From Promethearchaeota archaeon (lineage in GTDB: Archaea; Asgardarchaeota; Lokiarchaeia; Sigyniarchaeales; SOKP01), in the NCBI GenBank assembly GCA_048939015.1, contig JBHLPW010000057.1, positions 1 through 29,203 of the forward strand: 29,203 bases of DNA. Direction: 5' to 3'. The notes beneath the pieces are model-generated. The model was not told where the DNA came from. It ran no database searches and worked only from the letters and a program-made list of their open reading frames with translations. This document shows, piece by piece, positions 9,426-17,992 of this stretch (its first letter is position 1; every line of letters starts with the position of its first letter). The position numbers and the translations under genes are program-made.

Positions 9426-11645
9426 TTAATCTTCTTTAGAAAACTTTCCTAAGTCTTTACTAAGCATTTTTAACACTTTTTCTTCTAATTCTTCCGGAAT
9501 ATGTCGAAAAGAAAATTCCTCTAACTCTGGTAAGATATTTTGCAAAGATATTCTGGTTAGATAATCTAATTGGTCACATAACGCACATAGTTGGAAATGA
9601 GTAGAATTTTCTATTAAAACTGCTCCTCTTCGAACTGTAAAATAATTAACTTGTTGTTGGATCATTGTTTTCCGCACACTATTCCAAAGATCATGAATGC
9701 CTACAAGATAAATAGTATCATTAGAAGTACCACTTTTTTCATTTCTTAAAATGATTTCCCACGCAGAATCTTGAGTTCCAATAAAAATGGAATAAATAAT
9801 GCTTCTTTTTTTTGCTTTTTTGTCTTCGGATTTTCTAAATGTCAATCGTTGGAACATTCTACGTAGCACAGAATCTGCTGATTTTTCAATAATTCCAGTA
9901 TTTAGCATTTCTAGGTTTTGGTTTATCTCTTTTTCTAAACCGGATAAATTATATTCTTGCGCAGTTCTTAGTGCTTCTTCAAAATATAATTTTGCCTGTG
10001 CTGTTAATTTACTTTCTGCTGCTAATAATCCTTTAAGTATAACTAATCTACAAAGATCTAAATAACTCTGATTTTCTAACGCTATTGTTTTAGCTAAGTC
10101 TAAATGATTATATGCATGATTCAAGTATTCAAGATTTCCAGTTTCTTGAAAATATTTAAAATAACCTTCACCAAGTCTAATTTCAATATCACTTGCATCT
10201 TCTACTGATTGGTTCTTAAACATGATTTCTCTTTCTTCTATCAAGTTTTCAATTAATTTTCGCCAGTCATTACGTAGTTCACCCGATATTGCTTCTAGAT
10301 CATGCATAAAAATATTCCCTACGGGAGACTCAAGAAATTCTGGGTCATTTGGTAGATTATTCCTTACAAAATCAATCAAATCTAGGGAATCAGTTTTACC
10401 AGCTATTCTTTTCAAAGTAGAAAGTATATCGAGTTTATAATAAGTAGGGATATTTTCTTCCAAAAGAAGATTTTTGCACGTTTTTTCTGATTCATCATAT
10501 CTTTCAGATATAAAAAGGGTTTCAGCTATAATACTCATTAAGGAGATCCTTATAAAAAATTCCTCTTTAACAATAGGTAATTCTAATATCGCTCTTTGGC
10601 GTTTTAAAGCTTGATCATATAATCCCTGTTTAGATTCAATGACTGACATGTTTGAAGATATAACTGCATTTGTTCTTTCATCACCCATTTCCTTACTAAC
10701 CTTTAGCACGATTTCAAAAATATTTAATGCTTTTTCTAGATCTCCACTGGATTGATTAACAGCAGCATAAAAGTTTCCTACAACCATTATGATTTCTCGG
10801 TTACCTAATAGCTGACCAAAGTTAAAAACAGGTTCTATTACTTCTAAAGCTTCATTGATTTTTCCGAGAAAGTATAATCTGAAACCATAATAACCTTGTA
10901 AAAGCATTAATCCTGTTTTTACTTCAATAGAAGTTTGGTCTACCCATTTTTCTTGACTATTCTTATATAATTCTTCTAAAAGTTCATAAGAACTTAAACG
11001 AAGATAAACTTCTGCTTTAGCAATGGCTGCCTCTAATTGAATAATTAATGGAGTAGACTCAAAATCAATCCTTTTGGCTATTAAAATTAGTTCTTGAGAG
11101 GGTGCAAACCTTGCCTGTAATCTTAAATATATTGGATAACTCCAAGACAGTGGTTCATATTTAAAATTTAGGAGCTCTTTCCCCTTGCCAATAATAAAAC
11201 CCCATTTTGTTGCTAGAAAAGTTATAAATTGATTACCAGGATATTTATCTCTTAGTTCTTTCAGACATTCATACCATTCTTGAGGGGATTTCTCAAATGG
11301 TTCTGCAAGTGAAGAAAAGATACTTTTATCTTCATATTGAGCTAGAGATAAGTATAATCGAAGTTCTAAAGGAATATAACGATGAAGTCTATTCCATACG
11401 TCTGGAGCACCTTTAACACTTACTTTTTCCTCATAGTAATCTTTATGAGCTCGATATTCTCCATTCTCATCGATTACAACTACATTTATATGTGATGATC
11501 CGGAATCTGTTTGATGACCTAATCTGATTGTGTAAAGTTTACCAATCATTAAGTTTCCAGATTCGGACTTATGTATATAAGTACCAGGATTATGTGGGTC
11601 AAAATTAATTCTTTTATTGCAGATTTTACAATTAATCTCAGTCAT
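9426..11645 (-). CDS. Large protein: N-terminal putative Zn-binding domain + TPR solenoid + C-terminal longin/roadblock-like domain
   Basis: CKIC...H...H.NVVVIDENGEYR at the N-terminus; TPR-like repeats (GKINEALEV, GDLEKALNIF, GLYDQALK, AKLYFEEALRTA); C-terminal IYSIFIG... with a longin-like strand/helix pattern. SD GAGGTG 5 nt before the ATG. Confidence 0.7.
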   Translation of the reverse strand: MTEINCKICNKRINFDPHNPGTYIHKSESGNLMIGKLYTIRLGHQTDSGSSHINVVVIDENGEYRAHKDYYEEKVSVKGAPDVWNRLHRYIPLELRLYLSLAQYEDKSIFSSLAEPFEKSPQEWYECLKELRDKYPGNQFITFLATKWGFIIGKGKELLNFKYEPLSWSYPIYLRLQARFAPSQELILIAKRIDFESTPLIIQLEAAIAKAEVYLRLSSYELLEELYKNSQEKWVDQTSIEVKTGLMLLQGYYGFRLYFLGKINEALEVIEPVFNFGQLLGNREIIMVVGNFYAAVNQSSGDLEKALNIFEIVLKVSKEMGDERTNAVISSNMSVIESKQGLYDQALKRQRAILELPIVKEEFFIRISLMSIIAETLFISERYDESEKTCKNLLLEENIPTYYKLDILSTLKRIAGKTDSLDLIDFVRNNLPNDPEFLESPVGNIFMHDLEAISGELRNDWRKLIENLIEEREIMFKNQSVEDASDIEIRLGEGYFKYFQETGNLEYLNHAYNHLDLAKTIALENQSYLDLCRLVILKGLLAAESKLTAQAKLYFEEALRTAQEYNLSGLEKEINQNLEMLNTGIIEKSADSVLRRMFQRLTFRKSEDKKAKKRSIIYSIFIGTQDSAWEIILRNEKSGTSNDTIYLVGIHDLWNSVRKTMIQQQVNYFTVRRGAVLIENSTHFQLCALCDQLDYLTRISLQNILPELEEFSFRHIPEELEEKVLKMLSKDLGKFSKED

Positions 11646-11709
11646 TTTAACACCTCATCTTTTGGTTTTTAAAGAAGATGAGAGTTTTTTTAACATTCCA
11701 AATAAATCC

Positions 11710-12324
11710 TTAATCGTAAATATTAAGGAGTTTTTTACCCATATAAACTATTTCTTCTAACATCAAATCAATACCTATGTAGGGTTCAATAGAACTTGTT
11801 TCTACATAGGAATGAAAGAATTTTCCGTCACCAACTAAAGTATTAACCAATGCATTTGATACATTTCTTTCCAAATCAATTTTATTTCCTACAAGAATAT
11901 ATCCAATATTATTATGTTTGAATTTAGATTCTAAATTCATTAGTCGCAGCCAATTATTCAGGTTTTCAAATGATTCATAGCGATCAATTGAAAAAACAAA
12001 GATGTAAATATCGATATATGCTAAAACCGATTCCTGTAATATATCCAATGGATGCGCACCAGGAGTTCTTTGTCCTGCTAAATCATAACATTGGAATACT
12101 AAATCTTTATATGTCCAAGATTCAATCTCCATAAATGGAGTTCGTGAAATCTTTTTATCTTCAACCACTTGATGGCCAGAATGATTATGATTATACTCTG
12201 TTGTTTTGCGCAACATAGCTTGTACTAACGTTGTTTTCCCGACTGCACCATCTCCAACAATGGTCATTCGAATTAAACGCTTTGCGTTCTTCAATTGAGT
12301 TAAGAAACTTGATATTTTTGCCAG
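11710..12324 (-). CDS. Ras-superfamily small GTPase with Arf-like features; proposed CTG start at 12324 (ORF track starts at TTG 12294)
   Basis: G1 GDGAVGKT, G3 DLAGQ, G4 NKID, G5 ETSS. The frame is open upstream to CTG (12324-12322), with AGGTG (12337-12333) 8 nt before it. Confidence 0.85.
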   Translation of the reverse strand: MAKISSFLTQLKNAKRLIRMTIVGDGAVGKTTLVQAMLRKTTEYNHNHSGHQVVEDKKISRTPFMEIESWTYKDLVFQCYDLAGQRTPGAHPLDILQESVLAYIDIYIFVFSIDRYESFENLNNWLRLMNLESKFKHNNIGYILVGNKIDLERNVSNALVNTLVGDGKFFHSYVETSSIEPYIGIDLMLEEIVYMGKKLLNIYD

Positions 12325-12765
12325 ATGGAATACACCTATTATTTAGATAAATTAATAATTATAGAGTGATAATAAATTGAGGACGTAGTCTATGTATCTA
12401 TCAATTAAATTAAGAATATAAGTCATAAAGTTACAGCTGGTTTTTCGTACTAGTAGTAGAAACAATATTTTAATCTAAAATTTCATAGGACAAAATGGAA
12501 ATTTTTGTCAAATAAAATTGAAATCTTTATTTCATTTCATATCAATGATAGGAAGTTTTTGTGAACCTTTTGGAATCAAATGAATTTCTCTGAAATATCT
12601 TCAACCAATGATTATATTATTAATTGAAATAGAATTTGTTTAATGTAATTATAAAACTATTATAATATTGATATATACATCATAAGGTTCATAACTAGAT
12701 TAATATAATTTTTAACAAAAATTTCAGATTAATTAAGAATTATAAGATATATAGTTGAAAATAAA

Positions 12766-13311
12766 ATGATCATCGAGAGTCCATTTAATGGTAAAATTCC
12801 AAAGATTCACCCAACAGCTTTTATTGCCCCGGATGTTGTTATAATTGGGGATGTTGAAATAGGTGCTTATACTAATATTTGGTTCGGTGCAAAACTACGC
12901 GGAGATTGGGGAAAAATTATTGTTGGTAATTATACCAGCATTCAAGACAATGCGGTTTTACATTCCAGACCTAACAAATCATGTAAAATAGGCAATAATG
13001 TCAGACTTGCACATTCATGCATGGTTCATGGTTCATGTGTTATAGGGGATTATTCATTGGTGGGAATTAGTGCATCTGTTCTTCATGGTGCTGAACTAGG
13101 AATCGGTAGTGTTTTAGCTGGGGGCTCTGTTCTACGTGATAAAGCTGGAGACTTTTGTTTATACGCGGGTATACCTGCAGTAAAAAAGAAAGAATATTCA
13201 AATAAGCGATTGGATGAATTTAGTACTAAACTTTATGCGGATAATGGTCAAAAATTTAAAAATGCAGGATATGGACAAAAAATCCCGAAAGAATATCTTA
13301 TAAAGGAATAA
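12766..13311 (+). CDS. Gamma carbonic anhydrase-family (left-handed beta-helix) protein
   Basis: PKIHPTAFIAP, IGDVEIG, LRGD, IQDNAVLH, AHSCMVHG (three His ligands present). Confidence 0.92.
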   Translation: MIIESPFNGKIPKIHPTAFIAPDVVIIGDVEIGAYTNIWFGAKLRGDWGKIIVGNYTSIQDNAVLHSRPNKSCKIGNNVRLAHSCMVHGSCVIGDYSLVGISASVLHGAELGIGSVLAGGSVLRDKAGDFCLYAGIPAVKKKEYSNKRLDEFSTKLYADNGQKFKNAGYGQKIPKEYLIKE

Positions 13312-13317
13312 CATGGA

Positions 13318-13902
13318 TTATAAGATTTTATCATAGTCTAATCCATGAGAATCAAGGATTTTTTCAGTCATTTCTTTGAAGGCATAGAGAATATTTATAT
13401 TTTCTTTTGAGGAAGTTTTAACATAATCTTTTTCATTGTGATTACTAAGAAATTGTTGTATAATTAATTCATCAACTTTTTGCTTTCCCTTATTACTTTG
13501 AATTAAATCAAGTTTAGTTCCAATTAGAATTTTCGGTCGATCATGAAGATTATGTGCTTTTATCTGATCATACCACCAATCCAATCGAGTTAATGTCTCC
13601 ATACTTACTAATTCAAAAACTAAAAATATACCATCTGCTCCATCAATATAATACTTAAACAACTTTTTGAATTGTTCCTGCCCGCCAAAGTCCCAGATCG
13701 TATGCCTTACAAACGTCTCCTCTCCAGATACTATGATTGGGATGTCGTGTGTGTAAAAATCTATTCCTATAGTCATTTGAGTATTTGCATCAAAAGTATC
13801 AAAACATAACCTTCGAGCAATACAAGTCTTTCCTACTCCACCAGATCCGATTAAAACAAGCTTAAAAATATAAGTTGGACTTTCTTCTTGATGGAATGTC
13901 AT
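13318..13902 (-). CDS. Rab-like small GTPase
   Basis: GSGGVGKT, TIGIDF, WDFGGQEQF, YYIDGA, GTKLD, TSSK. Confidence 0.92.
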   Translation of the reverse strand: MTFHQEESPTYIFKLVLIGSGGVGKTCIARRLCFDTFDANTQMTIGIDFYTHDIPIIVSGEETFVRHTIWDFGGQEQFKKLFKYYIDGADGIFLVFELVSMETLTRLDWWYDQIKAHNLHDRPKILIGTKLDLIQSNKGKQKVDELIIQQFLSNHNEKDYVKTSSKENINILYAFKEMTEKILDSHGLDYDKIL

Positions 13903-14038
13903 GATTATCCTATGTGTATATTTTTGATTAAATTTTTCTTGTAGCTTTTAGAATATTTATGAATATTTCTACTTAATACAATAAAAAAAAATCTATTATT
14001 TAATTTTAGTACAAAATATTAAAAATTTGAAAAGAATT

Positions 14039-14641
14039 CTAAAAAACTCTCCTTGTAAAAACTTCTTTATTTTCTTCAATATCAAATTCATGAAATACCA
14101 ATATTTCTTTGGCCATTTCTTTAAAAATATTTTGAATATTGATGTTATCTTTAGAGGAAGTTTTGGTATAACTTTTCACAGCATATCTTTCAATTGAATC
14201 ATTTATTAGTGATTCATCTAAAATAAAAGGATTATCCGTTTGATCTATTAAATCAAACTTAGACCCAACGAGAATTATCGGACGATCTGCAAAATTAAAT
14301 TCAACTAATTTATCATACCAAAAGTCTAAATTTACTAAACTCTCTATTTGTGTTAAATCAAATACTAAAAAGATCCCATTTGCACCATTTATATAGTAAC
14401 GGAAAAGTGGTTGAAAGCGTTCTTGACCGCCAAAATCCCAGATTGATAATCTAATCTTAGTATCTATACCATTAATTGTAAAGGGAAAATCATAAGTATA
14501 AAAATCAATCCCAACAGTAAGTTGAGTATTTAAACTAAAGGTATCAAAACACAGTCTTCGAACCATGCAAGTTTTCCCTACACCCCCGCTACCTATGAGA
14601 CAGACCTTAAAGATATATTTATACTCGTCTTCTTTCGTCAT
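14039..14641 (-). CDS. Rab-like small GTPase (tandem paralog)
   Basis: GSGGVGKT, TVGIDF, WDFGGQERF, YYINGA, GSKFD, TSSK. Confidence 0.92.
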   Translation of the reverse strand: MTKEDEYKYIFKVCLIGSGGVGKTCMVRRLCFDTFSLNTQLTVGIDFYTYDFPFTINGIDTKIRLSIWDFGGQERFQPLFRYYINGANGIFLVFDLTQIESLVNLDFWYDKLVEFNFADRPIILVGSKFDLIDQTDNPFILDESLINDSIERYAVKSYTKTSSKDNINIQNIFKEMAKEILVFHEFDIEENKEVFTRRVF

Positions 14642-14821
14642 AAAATATGCACACTTTTAAGTCGATTGACTTTTTTTACCTTTTAGAACAATTATAGGTT
14701 TAGAATATAAGAATAATTTTTATAACTTATAATCATAATCGATTTTACATTTATAATTTTATAGATTTAGAAATATTAATAATAAAAAAAACTCGATCTA
14801 GAGCGTCTATTTAAAAGTGAA

Positions 14822-15886
14822 TTACGTCTGAGACAATAATTCTATTAATGCTCTTGGTATCTCATTATAATCATTAACCGCATAAAATTTTCCACGTCCA
14901 GCCTTTGCAATTTCGCGACATGTATTTATGCCCTGATCAGCATCATTTTCAGAGGGCATCCCTATAACATGTAAAGTGGGAAATTTTTTTGCTAATGCGA
15001 CAGGGTTATCACCCCGATTATAATTGCCATCAGTTATTAATATCCCAAATCGACTTTTTCTTTTTTCTTTTATTTTACTTAACTCTTTTAATCCTTTTTC
15101 TAAACCAATATAAATATTTGTAAACCCAACTGCTTCAGAGTCTAAAATATCATCAATAATAGAAACGATTGGTCTTTTCTGCTCAATTTTTTTCATGACC
15201 ATTGCAGTTGAATTGAAGAGGACAATGGCAAAATCCTCCCTTTCCATATTATACGCTAAAACTGAGGCTGTAAGAGCGGCGTTAAGTAATAACCGTCCGT
15301 ACATACTACCACTTGTATCTAAAACCAATACTACTTTTCTTTTTTGACGTTTTCTTTCAATTCCATATATATCTTGATAATTAAGACTTTTTTCATAAAT
15401 TTTTAAGGGATTATGCTGGATTGTTTCATCCATACTAAACTCAGGCATTCCCATTTGATAATAGGGGACCGTTTTTTTGAACTGTCCCCTAATTCCCTTA
15501 CTAGTAATTTTCAAAGATAATTTTAAAATACTTTGACGAGCTAAACGTCGAAAAATAGACTTATATTTTTCAGAAATAGGACGTCTTATAAAAAAATAGA
15601 CCTCTGGCATAAAATCTCCCGTTTCAGCAGCTCTTTCTGAGAAGAATTGTACTCCTTCTTCTGTATCTAAAGCATCAACACTAGCGTAGATATTTGCTTT
15701 AAGTAATCCCATGAGGGCTTCAAGATTTTTATGTTTTATCGCAAGATATGTCAATTCTTTAATTTGTTTGTAATCTAGAGTATTAGCTAGGTGTTTATAA
15801 TAATCTGGTTTTTTTCTTTTTTTTCTGATAATTTCATATTCTAATATTTCCTTATCCGGACGGCTCTCTGTAAGCCTTACATGCAA
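14822..15886 (-). CDS. von Willebrand factor A domain protein (CoxE/ChlD C-terminal-like); frame open upstream to 15970, true start uncertain
   Basis: MIDAS LDTSGSM ... GFTNI ... ITDG; adjacent to a MoxR ATPase; no in-frame ATG near the 5' end. Confidence 0.88.
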   Translation of the reverse strand: MHVRLTESRPDKEILEYEIIRKKRKKPDYYKHLANTLDYKQIKELTYLAIKHKNLEALMGLLKANIYASVDALDTEEGVQFFSERAAETGDFMPEVYFFIRRPISEKYKSIFRRLARQSILKLSLKITSKGIRGQFKKTVPYYQMGMPEFSMDETIQHNPLKIYEKSLNYQDIYGIERKRQKRKVVLVLDTSGSMYGRLLLNAALTASVLAYNMEREDFAIVLFNSTAMVMKKIEQKRPIVSIIDDILDSEAVGFTNIYIGLEKGLKELSKIKEKRKSRFGILITDGNYNRGDNPVALAKKFPTLHVIGMPSENDADQGINTCREIAKAGRGKFYAVNDYNEIPRALIELLSQT

Positions 15887-15902
15887 TCTTTTCTCAATCT
15901 CT

Positions 15903-15955
15903 TCGGATTCTTCCTCAGAGAAATCATCGATTATTGAAAATCCGATTGATTTAAA
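15903..15955 (-). other. Candidate programmed -1 frameshift signal (slippery heptamers + stem-loop)
   Basis: U_UUA_AAU (15955-15949) and G_GAU_UUU (15943-15937) lie in the MoxR frame; inverted repeat TCGGATT/AATCCGA at 15903-15909 and 15939-15945. Confidence 0.5.
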
Positions 15956-16803
15956 ACAGCTAAAACAATATTAGTAATTACTTCTTTTTTGGATTGAGTT
16001 AATCCATCTTCTAATTCAATTTTGTTATATAATGCCATTACAGATGCTTCAATCCAATTTTTTGAACTATTATTGTTGTCATATTGATTAATCAATGTTG
16101 CTAGGTCTATGGCACCTCTGATTGAACTCCCTCTTCTAATGGATGTATTTTCCCGTGTTATTTGTATTATATTTTGAGAGATTTTTGCAATCTTATCTTG
16201 ATTTCCTTTATTCAAATTTGCTTCTTGTTTAATTATTAGGATCTCTTCATCAGGAGTTTGATAATCCAACTTAACCCAAATAAAACGATCCTTTAATGCT
16301 TCCCCAAGAACAGTTACTCCTACGTGTGCAGCTGGATTCTGAGTAGCCACAACAAAAAAATCTTTATGAGCATTTATTGTTTTCAATTTAGGGATTTTAA
16401 GAATTCCTTCATCTAATGATGTTAATAATGAATTTTGAGTACTTTCTGGCATTCTATTTATTTCATTTATGAATAAACATCCACCATTCATCATAGCTAA
16501 AGCTAATGGACCATATTTATATGAATCCTCTGTATACCCTTGTGAAATTACGAGAGGTGGTTCAAAATAACCGACAAGATTATGAGGTAATAATTCTTCG
16601 CTGCAATCTACTCGATAGAAATCAGAATCGAAAAAAGAAGCTATTGCTCTAGCCAAAGTTGTTTTCCCAACGCCAACTTCACCTTCGATTAATATATTCT
16701 TACCCACTGAATGAGCCAAAACAACTTGTCTTAATTCTTCGGTCCTACCTACTATTTTATATTTCTCTTGTATTTCTTTTACTTTTTCGGTTGTATCAAC
16801 CAT
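15931..16803 (-). CDS. moxR: MoxR-family AAA+ ATPase (CoxD-like)
   Basis: IVGR, Walker A GEVGVGKT, Walker B variant LFINEINR, TQNSLL, ATQNP, EALKDRF, SIRGAI. Confidence 0.9.
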   Translation of the reverse strand: MVDTTEKVKEIQEKYKIVGRTEELRQVVLAHSVGKNILIEGEVGVGKTTLARAIASFFDSDFYRVDCSEELLPHNLVGYFEPPLVISQGYTEDSYKYGPLALAMMNGGCLFINEINRMPESTQNSLLTSLDEGILKIPKLKTINAHKDFFVVATQNPAAHVGVTVLGEALKDRFIWVKLDYQTPDEEILIIKQEANLNKGNQDKIAKISQNIIQITRENTSIRRGSSIRGAIDLATLINQYDNNNSSKNWIEASVMALYNKIELEDGLTQSKKEVITNIVLAVLNQSDFQ

Positions 16804-16876
16804 ATATTTAGGAATTAACCATGTCTAAAATAATTTTAGATAATTTCTTTTAAAATTGAAAAAAAGAAAAAGGAGA

Positions 16877-17794
16877 TTAATCATTAGAAATATTAGGTTG
16901 TTCTTCCTTTAATTGCAGTATTATAACATTATCGCTTCGCTTCCATAATCTAAATGAAATTAAACCAATAGAGATTAGAAGGAGGGGGTATATTATTATT
17001 TCTAATAAAGAAGGATTCGCATTATATCCAAATAAAGCTTTTAATAGGGATCCTGTGACTTCAAGCCATTCTGGAGTTGCTAAATTGCCATCAGGAAAGG
17101 ATTCGGGAAGAATGTGTTTAATATTCCACAACTCTTGTATGATCGGATTTACAACTCCAGCTTCGATAAGTTCATGAATTCCATATGTAATGAGCCCAGT
17201 AGCAAACAAGATTAGAATCACATTTGTAATTTTAAAGAATTTTGAGATGTTAATTGCCCGAATTCCATAAAAAGTCAAAAAACCAATTATTATCGATAAT
17301 CCTAGGCCAATTAATGACCCCCATATAATTGTACTTTGGTTTATTGAACCTACTGAAGCAGAACCCGTTAATAGAAGAATTAATTCTATACCCTCACGGA
17401 TTATAATTATAAATGTTAGAATTGAAATTGAAAATACTTTTTGGGTGTTAATCGATCCCTCAACCTTTTCTTCTAGATATACCCTCATTTTTGGACCTTC
17501 TTTACTTACCCATAAGATCAAGGTTATTATAAAAATACCTGAGATTATAAATGTAAAACCTTCAAATAGTTGTTCTAAAAGCCCAGAAAACCCACCATAT
17601 ACTACAGAAAAAATAATAGCAAAGAATATACTTATGAGTATTGCGAGAATAGCGCCTATGTATACATATTTATTGTATTTTCTTTGATTAGTCTTTCTTA
17701 AATATAATAATATTATCACGACGACTAATGTTGCTTCCAACCCTTCTCTAAATGCTAAAAATGCTGGTGTTATTAAATCTATTAATGTTGCCAC
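16877..17794 (-). CDS. FTR1-family high-affinity iron permease
   Basis: Two RExLE-type motifs (REGLE, REGIE), HELIEAG, LFGY; GTG start. Confidence 0.92.
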   Translation of the reverse strand: MATLIDLITPAFLAFREGLEATLVVVIILLYLRKTNQRKYNKYVYIGAILAILISIFFAIIFSVVYGGFSGLLEQLFEGFTFIISGIFIITLILWVSKEGPKMRVYLEEKVEGSINTQKVFSISILTFIIIIREGIELILLLTGSASVGSINQSTIIWGSLIGLGLSIIIGFLTFYGIRAINISKFFKITNVILILFATGLITYGIHELIEAGVVNPIIQELWNIKHILPESFPDGNLATPEWLEVTGSLLKALFGYNANPSLLEIIIYPLLLISIGLISFRLWKRSDNVIILQLKEEQPNISND

Positions 17795-17883
17795 TTTGAA
17801 TACCTTAAGTATATTTTCTAATTGAACTAAAAATTAATCACATTTACATTTTATAGTTATAATTTAGAAAAAATTATTATTTT

Positions 17884-17897
17884 TTAGTTATACCTAA
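17884..17897. promoter_or_regulatory. Putative DtxR/IdeR-type iron operator upstream of the FTR1 gene
   Basis: TTAGTTATACCTAA resembles the TTAGG-N4-CCTAA core with one mismatch; about 90 nt upstream of the iron permease start. Confidence 0.45.
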
Positions 17898-17992
17898 TAA
17901 GAGATTTTTTTTCTATAAAATGTAGCCTAAAATAATGAAAGTGTTAAGATCTCGGATGAAGATTACTATTTTTTATCAAATAAACAATGAAT

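Noticed and set aside
12541-12600. Possible C/D-box sRNA (ATGATAG...CTGA) in the long intergenic region
   Set aside because: Box C is imperfect, the internal boxes and guide lengths do not fit, and such matches are expected by chance in AT-rich DNA.
156-14641. Idea that the ICMT-like enzymes methylate prenylated local GTPases
   Set aside because: None of the three GTPases has a CaaX/CC/CxC terminus. The terminal Cys of the hydrolase (7739) and of the receiver protein are not CaaX motifs.
14659-14672. Short inverted repeat AAGTC-GATT-GACTT before a Rab-like gene (and GACAAAA/TTTTGTC at 12489-12509)
   Set aside because: Short arms with no second copy; function cannot be supported.
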